This document shows positions 7,936-15,208 of a stretch of 64,000 nt of DNA, piece after piece. The stretch lies in contig JAEULG010000025.1 of the NCBI GenBank assembly GCA_016793875.1, positions 1,252 to 65,251 of the forward strand, in the 5' to 3' direction. Within the stretch, counting starts at the first letter, position 1. Every line of letters begins with the position of its first letter. Both the position numbers and the translations under genes were made by a program. The notes below the pieces were generated by a model. It worked only from the letters and a program-made list of their open reading frames with translations. It did no database searches and was not told the origin of the DNA. This DNA comes from Rhodospirillales bacterium. GTDB lineage: Bacteria; Pseudomonadota; Alphaproteobacteria; Rhodospirillales; Defluviicoccaceae.

Positions 7936-8972
7936 CGGACATGCTCCCGTTGCTGTTCGTACGGCGGGCACGGGCGGTCGAGGACGATCCAGCCGCCGTG
8001 ATGGGTGAAAAAGCGGCAATCGGCCGTGGTCTGCCGGCCGAGCTCGCGCAGGCTGCGCTCGTCGAAGATCTGGCGGTGGCCGTAGCGGGTATCGGGCTCG
8101 CGCTCGAACGGAACGGCGACGATCAGTCGGCGCCGGGTGAGCGCCCACAGGTTCCGCATCGCGCGTTCCGTCTCGGCCGCCGTCAGATGCTCGAGCAGAT
8201 GGATGGCGGTGACCACATCGAAACCTCCGCCGGGATCGAGCTCCCCGACGACACGCCCGGCGAGGATGTCGGCGCAGACGAAGCCGACGCCCGGCACCTG
8301 CCGCTGCTGACGGTAGTCGTTCGCCAGTGCCATTAGCGCCGGATTGATGTCACAGCCGGTGATGCGACGGGCGCCTGCGCGGTGATCGCTGCCGGGCTGC
8401 CCGGCAAGGACGAGCGGCAGGAAGCCGAAGCATGTCGCAACGTCGAGGATGGTCTCGGCCGCCACCTCGGCGACCATCTGGGCGACCTTTGCGTAGATGG
8501 CGCGGAAACTGGCGATGAAGTCGGTCTGGCCGGCTGCTACCCCTGTTGTCGCGGATCCCCGGAGTGCTCCGAGAGTGTTGTCGTAGAACCGGTGCCACGC
8601 CCGGCGCTCGTTGCCGTCCATCGACCTGACGATCGCACCGACGTAGCGCTGGAAATTCTCATGTTCGCTGCTCGCATAGGGGCTTGGCAGGACGGATACG
8701 GCGTGCCGGACCTGCGCCAACAGCGGCAGCAGCTCGTCCGCCACGTAGGCGCCGACGTTGTTGTCGATCTGCTCGGGCGCGAGGCTGTGGACGACGAGGA
8801 GGTCGTCTGGGTCGGCTTCGGCCTGCCCGGCGGGAAGGCCGTAGACGGTGAAGTGATGGCTGGCAGCGAGCCGCGTCGCGTCGCCGTCGAGCCCGCTGAC
8901 CAGCGCCCGATGTCGATGACGCGAGAGGGTTAGCGGGCTCATGGCGCGAACTCCCGATCCATCGCTCATCAT
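7932..8972 (-). CDS. Class I SAM-dependent methyltransferase with about 150-aa N-terminal extension; candidate MftM-like mycofactocin-associated methyltransferase
   Basis: Methyltransferase core ILDVATCFGFLPLVLAG ... ITGCDINPALMALA ... FDVVTAIHLLEHL. Overlap-coupled to the VWA gene upstream (8969-8972) and to mftC downstream (7932-7935). The MftM assignment is inferred from context. An alternative start lies at 8942. Confidence 0.75.
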   Translation of the reverse strand: MMSDGSGVRAMSPLTLSRHRHRALVSGLDGDATRLAASHHFTVYGLPAGQAEADPDDLLVVHSLAPEQIDNNVGAYVADELLPLLAQVRHAVSVLPSPYASSEHENFQRYVGAIVRSMDGNERRAWHRFYDNTLGALRGSATTGVAAGQTDFIASFRAIYAKVAQMVAEVAAETILDVATCFGFLPLVLAGQPGSDHRAGARRITGCDINPALMALANDYRQQRQVPGVGFVCADILAGRVVGELDPGGGFDVVTAIHLLEHLTAAETERAMRNLWALTRRRLIVAVPFEREPDTRYGHRQIFDERSLRELGRQTTADCRFFTHHGGWIVLDRPCPPYEQQREHVR

Positions 8973-10438
8973 CTCCCCACCGCGCCGGGACGGATCAGTT
9001 CACCGGCGATCTTGCCGAGCTGTTCCAGGTTGCGGACCACCTCGGTGCGATGGCACACGGGCTCGTAGAGCGGCATATCAGAGCTGCCGAGGCCCCAGCT
9101 GCCGCGCGGTTCGGGGGACAGCCAGGCGAGATGCCGGCAGCGGCGGCGAATTTCTTCCAGTGCCCAGACGTTGGGCGGATTGCGGTTGCCGCGGCCGTCG
9201 CCCAGCACGATCACCGTCGTTTCCCGCGTCACCTCCGACAGGTGCCGCTGGCAGAAGATTTCCAGAGCCCGCCCGTAGTTGCTGTTGGCATCGCAGTCGA
9301 TCAGCCTGCCGGCGAACACCGCGGCAATGGCATCGTCGATGTCGAGCTGCTCGAAGGACTGGCTGGCGTCGGCCAGGTCGCTGACGAAGACGTAGCTGCG
9401 CACCCGCTCGAACAGCGACTGCAGGCTGTAGACGAGGTGCAGCATGAAGCGGGCGGTGTTGCGAACAGATAGGCTGACGTCGCAGATGACGACGATGCGG
9501 GGCTTGTCCCGGCGCAGACTGGTCATCACCGGCCGGAACGGAATGCCGTCGTAGGCCATGCTGGCGCGCAACGTCCTGGCGACGTGGATGCGACCGCGAC
9601 GCGACGCGACGCGGCGGTACGATCGGGCGCCACGCAGCCGCCGGCCGAGCCGGCGGACGATCTCCGCCATCTCCCGCCGCTCGCCCTCGCTGAAGCCGCC
9701 GATGCGGGCGCCCGGGCGGCGCGGCTGCTCGTCCGACTGTCGTCCTGCCTGCCGCGCCAGCTCGGCCTCCAGGAGCCGCTTCAGGGTCTCCGGCAAGGTC
9801 ATGGCGATCGCCGGCGCCTGCTGCGCCAGCAGGTCGAGCAGAGCCTCGTCCACCTCCAGATCGCGCAATTCCTCCAGCAGACGCCCGATGGAACCGGCTG
9901 AAACGTCCGCATCCAGCGTTTGCAGGATGTCGGAGATATTGAGTTGACCGGGGCGGGACCCGCCGCCGGCCTGCCGGGCATTCACCTGGTGCGTCGCCCG
10001 CTGCATCACCGGATCGAGGAGGCTCTGGGCGCGCTTGAGGATCAGGTTCTGGCCGAATTGCGCCAGTTCGCCCGGCTGGATCTTGGTCCGATCGCCGGCG
10101 CGCGGCGGGCCGCCGTCGACCGGAGCGCCTTCGTCCTCGGTATCAAGCGCGATCTTGTCGGTGTCCGGCGATGGAACCGTGGAGGATGCTCCGGCTTCAT
10201 CCTCCGCTTCGGGGGCTGCCCCCGGCAGGCCGAAGAACAGGTCGAATTGCTCGTCGAACAGCGGGATGTCGGCGGCGTTCTTGATCAGCGTGCTCTGGAG
10301 GGCGATGCGGACCGTCTCCCGGTCGACCAGGCGCACCCACGCCAGCGCGCGCACCGCATCCACAGCTTCGGCCGGCGATATGCCGACACCGGAGCGCTTG
10401 AGAACGCAGATGAAGCGGTTAACCGCCGCGTCCATCAC
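8969..10438 (-). CDS. VWA domain protein (CoxE-like), partner of the MoxR ATPase
   Basis: 489-aa ORF. C-terminal VWA domain with MIDAS-type DxSxS (VVICDVSLSV). Start overlaps the MoxR stop (10435-10438). Confidence 0.8.
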   Translation of the reverse strand: MMDAAVNRFICVLKRSGVGISPAEAVDAVRALAWVRLVDRETVRIALQSTLIKNAADIPLFDEQFDLFFGLPGAAPEAEDEAGASSTVPSPDTDKIALDTEDEGAPVDGGPPRAGDRTKIQPGELAQFGQNLILKRAQSLLDPVMQRATHQVNARQAGGGSRPGQLNISDILQTLDADVSAGSIGRLLEELRDLEVDEALLDLLAQQAPAIAMTLPETLKRLLEAELARQAGRQSDEQPRRPGARIGGFSEGERREMAEIVRRLGRRLRGARSYRRVASRRGRIHVARTLRASMAYDGIPFRPVMTSLRRDKPRIVVICDVSLSVRNTARFMLHLVYSLQSLFERVRSYVFVSDLADASQSFEQLDIDDAIAAVFAGRLIDCDANSNYGRALEIFCQRHLSEVTRETTVIVLGDGRGNRNPPNVWALEEIRRRCRHLAWLSPEPRGSWGLGSSDMPLYEPVCHRTEVVRNLEQLGKIAGELIRPGAVGR

Positions 10439-11535
10439 TCCTCGCCTCCGGGCGCATCCTGGCGCAGGCGGTCGCGGCCGAAATAGCGGGCGGCATGCTC
10501 CCGCTGCCTCGCCTCCATGTCGTGGCGGTCGGGGATAGCCTGAGGCGCCGGCGGCCGCGGCCCTGCGGGTGATCGGCTCCGACCGCGGTCATCGAGGCCT
10601 TCGGAGGCACCCGGCTGCGGCCGATCCGAGCCCTCCAGCAGCCAGGCCAGATGCTCTTCCACCTGGCGCGTGTCGCGCTCGTACTTGACCAACAACTGGA
10701 TCGTTTCTTCCAGCAGCCGGCGGTCAAGCATCTCGACGTTGAGCAGTACCAGGGCCTGCGCCCAGTCCAGCACCTCGCTGATGCTGGGCGCCTTGCGCAG
10801 GTCGAGGCTGCGCATGCGGCGGACGACCTCGACGGCATGCGCCGCCAGCGCTTCGGCCATCGCCGGCACCTTCAGCCGGATGATCTCCAGTTCCCGTTCC
10901 TCGTCCGGATAGCCGATGAACAGGTGCAGGCAGCGGCGCTTCAGCGCGTCACTGAGGTCGCGGGTGTTGTTGCTGGTGATCACCACGTAGGGCGGGGCTT
11001 TCGCCGCCACGGTGCCGATCTCCGGGACGGTCACCTGGAAGTCGCTAAGGAACTCCAGCAGGAACGCCTCGAACTGCTCTTCCGCCCGATCGATCTCGTC
11101 GATCAGCAGGACGACCGGCTCGTCGGCGCTGACCGCCTGCAGGATCGGCCGGCGGACGATGAACGATTCCGAGAAGAAGACATCCTCGTGCTGGCGCAGC
11201 CGTTCCACCGCTGTGCGCAGATCATCTGCACCCGCAAGGAAGGTTCCGATCTTCTCGCGCAGGATCTGGGTATAGAGGAGCTGCTTGCCGTACTCCCACT
11301 CGTAGAGCGCGTGCGCCTCGTCGAGGCCGCCGTAGCATTGCAGCCGGATCAACTCGCGGCCGAGGACGCGGGCGACCACCTTGGCCAGCTCGGTCTTGCC
11401 GACGCCGGCCGGGCCTTCGATGAGGATCGGCTTGCCCATCTTCCAGGCGAGATAGACGACCGTCGCCAGCTTGCGGTCGCAGATGTAGTGCTGCTCCGCC
11501 AGTTGCTCGATGGTCTGCCCGATGGACTCGAACAT
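10435..11535 (-). CDS. MoxR-family AAA+ ATPase
   Basis: Internal start MFESIGQTIEQL of ORF 10435..11928. Walker A GPAGVGKT, Walker B VVLLIDEIDR. Typical MoxR length (about 366 aa). Confidence 0.85.
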   Translation of the reverse strand: MFESIGQTIEQLAEQHYICDRKLATVVYLAWKMGKPILIEGPAGVGKTELAKVVARVLGRELIRLQCYGGLDEAHALYEWEYGKQLLYTQILREKIGTFLAGADDLRTAVERLRQHEDVFFSESFIVRRPILQAVSADEPVVLLIDEIDRAEEQFEAFLLEFLSDFQVTVPEIGTVAAKAPPYVVITSNNTRDLSDALKRRCLHLFIGYPDEERELEIIRLKVPAMAEALAAHAVEVVRRMRSLDLRKAPSISEVLDWAQALVLLNVEMLDRRLLEETIQLLVKYERDTRQVEEHLAWLLEGSDRPQPGASEGLDDRGRSRSPAGPRPPAPQAIPDRHDMEARQREHAARYFGRDRLRQDAPGGEE

Positions 11536-11553
11536 GGGCGTCCCCGGCCTGCC

Positions 11554-11580
11554 GGACCTGCTCGGGGGATAAGCAGGTCC
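11554..11580 (-). other. 9-bp-stem hairpin in the 97-nt gap between the ADH and moxR
   Basis: ggacctgct (11554-11562) and agcaggtcc (11572-11580) are perfect complements separated by a 9-nt loop. This is the only intergenic gap above 20 nt in the 11-gene array. Confidence 0.5.
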
Positions 11581-11632
11581 GTGCCTGTGACAAGCTGGTC
11601 GAACCGCGGAGTCGGACGGCGCGGGCTTCGGC

Positions 11633-12898
11633 TCAGTAGTACGAGCCGACCAGCGAATGCTTGACGATCGGCGCCACCGCCTCGTAGGTGACCTCCCGGG
11701 CGTTGCCCGGGGTCGAGCCGTCGCCCTGCACGTGCCGGGTGATGCGGTCGACGTTATGGTCGTCGCCGTTGATGCCGCCGTTCTGCCACTGAGCGTACTT
11801 GCCCTTGCCCATCTGGGACTTGGTATAGCTGCCGATGCTGGCGAAGTTGGACGGGATGCCGACGTCCTTGCTGAGCTTGACCGCCGCTTCCAGCGCCCGG
11901 TCGGCGGCGGCGACGTCACTGAGGCCATCCACGTTCTCGCCCATGGCGCGGGCGATGTCGCGGAACCGCTTGTAGCAGGTCGGCATGTTGAACTCCCACA
12001 CGCGCGGCAGGCCGATGGCGTTGTTCAGCCCGTGATGGCTGTCATAGAACGCGCTGACCGCGTGCGAGATGGAATGGATAATGCCGAGGCCGCCGCTGTT
12101 GAACGCCTGCGCCGAGATGTAGGAGGCGAACATCATGTTGTAGCGCGCCTCGTAATTGGTCGGCTCGAACACGGCGCGTCGCAGGTTCTGCGCCACCACC
12201 TCGATCGCCTTGAGCGCGCTGCCGAGGCTCGGCATGAAGTCAAGCCGCGAGACGTAGGGCTCGGATGCGTGGGCGAGGACATCGAAGCCGCAGTAGGCGG
12301 TCAAATCCTGCGGCAGGGTGAAGTGCAGCACCGGATCGTTGATGCTCAGCGTCGCCGGGCAGTTGTCGTCGAAGCCGAGCCACTTGTACGGCGCCTTCTC
12401 CGACGTGGTATCGGTGATGACGAAGGCCCAGCTCGTCTCGGAGCCGGTGCCGGCGGTGGTGTTAACGGCGATGTGCGGCGGGTTGTCGGGATTCTCAGAC
12501 TTGTTGAAGCCGTCGAACTCATTGACGTTGCGGCCGTCGTGAGCGATGACCAGACGCGCGCCTTTGGTCGCATCGGTAGTGCTGCCGCCACCAACGGAAA
12601 TAAAGCTGTCGCACTTTTCCTTCATATAGAGATCGGCGATCTCCATGCAGTTGTAGTCTTTGGGATTGGACTCGATCTTGTCGTAAACGATGACGTCGAC
12701 GCCCTGATAGCGCACCTTGCCGACGATATCGTCGATGACGCCGGTGCCGCGCAGGCCGCTGCTGGTCAGCAGCGCTCGTTTAAATCCAAGCTTCTTCGCT
12801 TCGACGCCAATCAGCTCGTATGACCCCGGCCCGAGCAGGCCGCGGGGGATCCGATGGAATTCCTTGATCGGGAATTGCCAAAGCTTTTCGACCTGCAT
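11633..12898 (-). CDS. mno: Iron-type (group III) alcohol dehydrogenase, NDMA-dependent methanol dehydrogenase (Mno/ThcE)-like
   Basis: 421 aa. WQFPIKEFH, GFKRALLTSSGLRG, ESNPKDYN, GGGSTTDATKGARLVIAHDGRNVNEFDGF, TTAGTGSETSW and HSISHAVSAFYDSHHGLNNA match the remembered actinobacterial NDMA-methanol dehydrogenase family, including the long C-terminal tail. GGAGGAG SD precedes the ATG. Confidence 0.85.
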   Translation of the reverse strand: MQVEKLWQFPIKEFHRIPRGLLGPGSYELIGVEAKKLGFKRALLTSSGLRGTGVIDDIVGKVRYQGVDVIVYDKIESNPKDYNCMEIADLYMKEKCDSFISVGGGSTTDATKGARLVIAHDGRNVNEFDGFNKSENPDNPPHIAVNTTAGTGSETSWAFVITDTTSEKAPYKWLGFDDNCPATLSINDPVLHFTLPQDLTAYCGFDVLAHASEPYVSRLDFMPSLGSALKAIEVVAQNLRRAVFEPTNYEARYNMMFASYISAQAFNSGGLGIIHSISHAVSAFYDSHHGLNNAIGLPRVWEFNMPTCYKRFRDIARAMGENVDGLSDVAAADRALEAAVKLSKDVGIPSNFASIGSYTKSQMGKGKYAQWQNGGINGDDHNVDRITRHVQGDGSTPGNAREVTYEAVAPIVKHSLVGSYY

Positions 12899-13028
12899 GA
12901 CGCATCTCCTCCCCGTCGATCTTGTCGTTGCGGAACACTGTTCCGGCGACAGCGGGCCATTGATCTTTGGATTTTGCTGCCCATCACTTTCGGTGATGCT
13001 GCCACGAACGCCGGCCGCAATGCGCCTG

Positions 13029-13070
13029 GACTTTGGTCGTTCGACTTTCGTCGTTCGACTTTGGTCGCGC
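13029..13070. repeat. Three tandem copies of a 14-bp unit in the divergent ADH/cupin promoter region
   Basis: gactttggtcgttc (13029-42), gactttcgtcgttc (13043-56), gactttggtcgcgc (13057-70). The array is bracketed by a direct repeat gcgcctggac (13022-31 and 13067-76). Confidence 0.9.
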
Positions 13071-13134
13071 CTGGACGCATCGGGGCTCGATCACGACCAG
13101 GAGTGGCGCGCAGGTATGGAGGAGAAGCCGGGCG

Positions 13135-13800
13135 ATGCCGATCCATGCCGACCTGACCACAAGGGCCGTCAGCTTTGCCGATGAGGCACGGTGGGTGCGG
13201 TCTCCGGCCGCCGGCATCGACCGGCGGATGCTGGAGAGCGATGGCGACGAGAGGGGCCGCGTCACCAGCGTGGTCCGCTATCGGCCGGGCAGCCGCCTTC
13301 CCTATTGCGAGCACGCGCAGGGCGAGGAAATCCTGGTGCTCGAGGGCGACTTCGCCGACGAGAGAGGCGAATATCCAGCGGGAACCTATCTCCGCAACCC
13401 ACCGGGCTCAGGGCATGCGCCGTGGAGCGAGGGTGGCTGCGTGCTGTTCGTCAAGCTGGGTCAGTTCCATCTCGGGGACCGTGAGAGCATCGTCACCGAC
13501 GTCCGCGGCGCCGAATGGTTCCCCGGACTCCACAGGGGCATCGCCGTCCTGCCGCTACACGGCTTCGGCAGCGAGCGGGTTACGCTCGTCCGCTGGACGC
13601 CGAACACCTGCTTCGTTCCCCATCAGCATCCGGGAGGCGAGGAGATCTTCGTGCTCGACGGCGCCGTGGAAGACGAAGAAGGCCGCTACGAAGCAGGCTC
13701 GTGGCTGCGCAATCCGCCCGGCAGCATCCACCGGCCGTTCAGCCTGGATGGCTGCCTGTTGTATGTGAAGATCGGCCATCTGCCCGCCGTCGCGGACTGA
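13135..13800 (+). CDS. Bicupin protein (ChrR-like cupin domains)
   Basis: Start MPIHADL after a GGAGGAG SD. Two cupin modules (HAQGEEILVLEGDF...GTYLRNPPGSGHAP and HQHPGGEEIFVLDGAV...GSWLRNPPGSIHRP). Confidence 0.7.
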   Translation: MPIHADLTTRAVSFADEARWVRSPAAGIDRRMLESDGDERGRVTSVVRYRPGSRLPYCEHAQGEEILVLEGDFADERGEYPAGTYLRNPPGSGHAPWSEGGCVLFVKLGQFHLGDRESIVTDVRGAEWFPGLHRGIAVLPLHGFGSERVTLVRWTPNTCFVPHQHPGGEEIFVLDGAVEDEEGRYEAGSWLRNPPGSIHRPFSLDGCLLYVKIGHLPAVAD

Positions 13801-13992
13801 GCGGGCCGGAACGCCGCCGGCTCACGGCGGATCACCCCAGATCGCACTGCGGTGTTGGGAAAGCCCATCGGAGCATGTAAAAGCGCTGGCGACCCGGGAT
13901 CAGAGGACGGCATGCTTCGCGGGCGCCGGGATCCGCGGCGCTAGTCTTGGATCATGTCCGGATCGATCAGCGAGAGGGAAGGGACTGCCGCA

Positions 13993-14388
13993 ATGAAGGG
14001 GTTCGTCGACAACATCGAGAAGCTGACCGAGGACAACGACGACTTCCGCCGAGTTCTCTACACCGGCCACAATCTTCAGCTGGTGCTGATGGCCATCCAA
14101 CCTGGCGAGGAGATCGGTGAGGAGGTCCATGACGACCGCGACCAGTTCTTCCGCATCGAGGCTGGTCAGGGCGAGGTCTGGATCGACGGGGTCTGCAATA
14201 CCGTCAAGGCCGATGACGGGATCATCGTTCCGCAAGGCGCACTCCACAACGTCGTCAGCACCGGCACCGAACCGCTTCGGCTCTACACGATCTATGGGCC
14301 CCCCGAGCACATCGACGGCACGATCCACCGCACCTGCGCGGAGGCGGGCGGCGCGCACGAACACTTTGATGGTAAGACTACCGAGTAG
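13993..14388 (+). CDS. Small cupin domain protein
   Basis: MKGFVDNIEKL... with a cupin core (QPGEEIGEEVHDDRDQFFRIEAGQGEVWIDG...VPQGALHNV). A purine-rich SD precedes 13993. The ORF track start at 13954 is possible. Confidence 0.7.
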   Translation: MKGFVDNIEKLTEDNDDFRRVLYTGHNLQLVLMAIQPGEEIGEEVHDDRDQFFRIEAGQGEVWIDGVCNTVKADDGIIVPQGALHNVVSTGTEPLRLYTIYGPPEHIDGTIHRTCAEAGGAHEHFDGKTTE

Positions 14389-15208
14389 GGCGACGGCCTT
14401 TTCGAGTGCAGCGCCATGGTTGCGCCTGGACCGTAGACTGCCTGACCTGCCTCCGCCGAACCGGCGGAGACGTCGATCGGAGCCGCGCCCCGCCACATCG
14501 CCGAACGGGAACATCCTGTCACCGGCATCGACAGTTCGCCCGGAATGATTGCCCTGTTCCGGACCAATCCGGCCGACACGACGGGCGAGGTGGCGGATAT
14601 GCGCCTCGATCCGGGCAGCCATCCCGCCTGGCTGGCGCGTCGCCGCTGACCCACCGTTTTCGGCCCGCCACGGCTTGCCGCGGAGCCCATGGCGCTATTG
14701 GAGCTTCCGGACGAACAACACAGAGATGGTTGTTCCTGCCTGGAGCCCCGCCGCGGTGCCGCCTTCGTCCGAAGGACGCGCCGGCTGGCGCAACGGCCGC
14801 TGCCATCATCGCCGGTGATGCCGGGGGGATCGAAGGCGCTAGTTCACCGAGCCACTGGCCAGCTGCACTCAAATAACCCATTGCACGGCTTGTAAGCCCT
14901 TGTACCGGCGTCCCGCGTCATCGCCCAACCGCGAACGCGAAACCTCATCGCGTGGCTCGCCGATGCCGTCTCCTCGACGTCGCAACGCGGGCAGGCCAGC
15001 TCAGGCACTGCCGCGCGAGCACGACCGCCGGAGGGCCGCCCCCCTTGGTTGCCGGAGGGTGCCGCGATGCTTCTTTCGCAGGCCGCCGCTTCATTTTCCC
15101 CTTGATGGAGTACTATCCACGGTCTAATAGGGTAAACAATGTTTTTAGTGACGCTCATAGTTCTATCTACGCGTTCTAACATAGGCCGTTTTGGGGTACA
15201 TCAGAAAA

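Noticed and set aside
11633-11660. The ADH C-terminus ...HSLVGSYY as a possible built-in MftA-like (GVY) tail for the neighbouring rSAM
   Set aside because: As far as I recall, the long C-terminal tail ending in aromatic residues is a normal feature of NDMA-type methanol dehydrogenases. The Val-Tyr pair required for MftC chemistry is absent.
13029-13070. Tandem repeats as a CRISPR-like or minisatellite array
   Set aside because: There are only three contiguous 14-bp units with no spacers and no cas genes. A regulatory or slippage element is the more economical reading.
13033-13134. N-terminal extension of the bicupin ORF reading through the 14-bp tandem repeats (MVVRLSSFDFGRAW...)
   Set aside because: The ATG at 13135 has a proper GGAGGAG SD and the cupin homology starts there. 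The extension is just translated repeat DNA.
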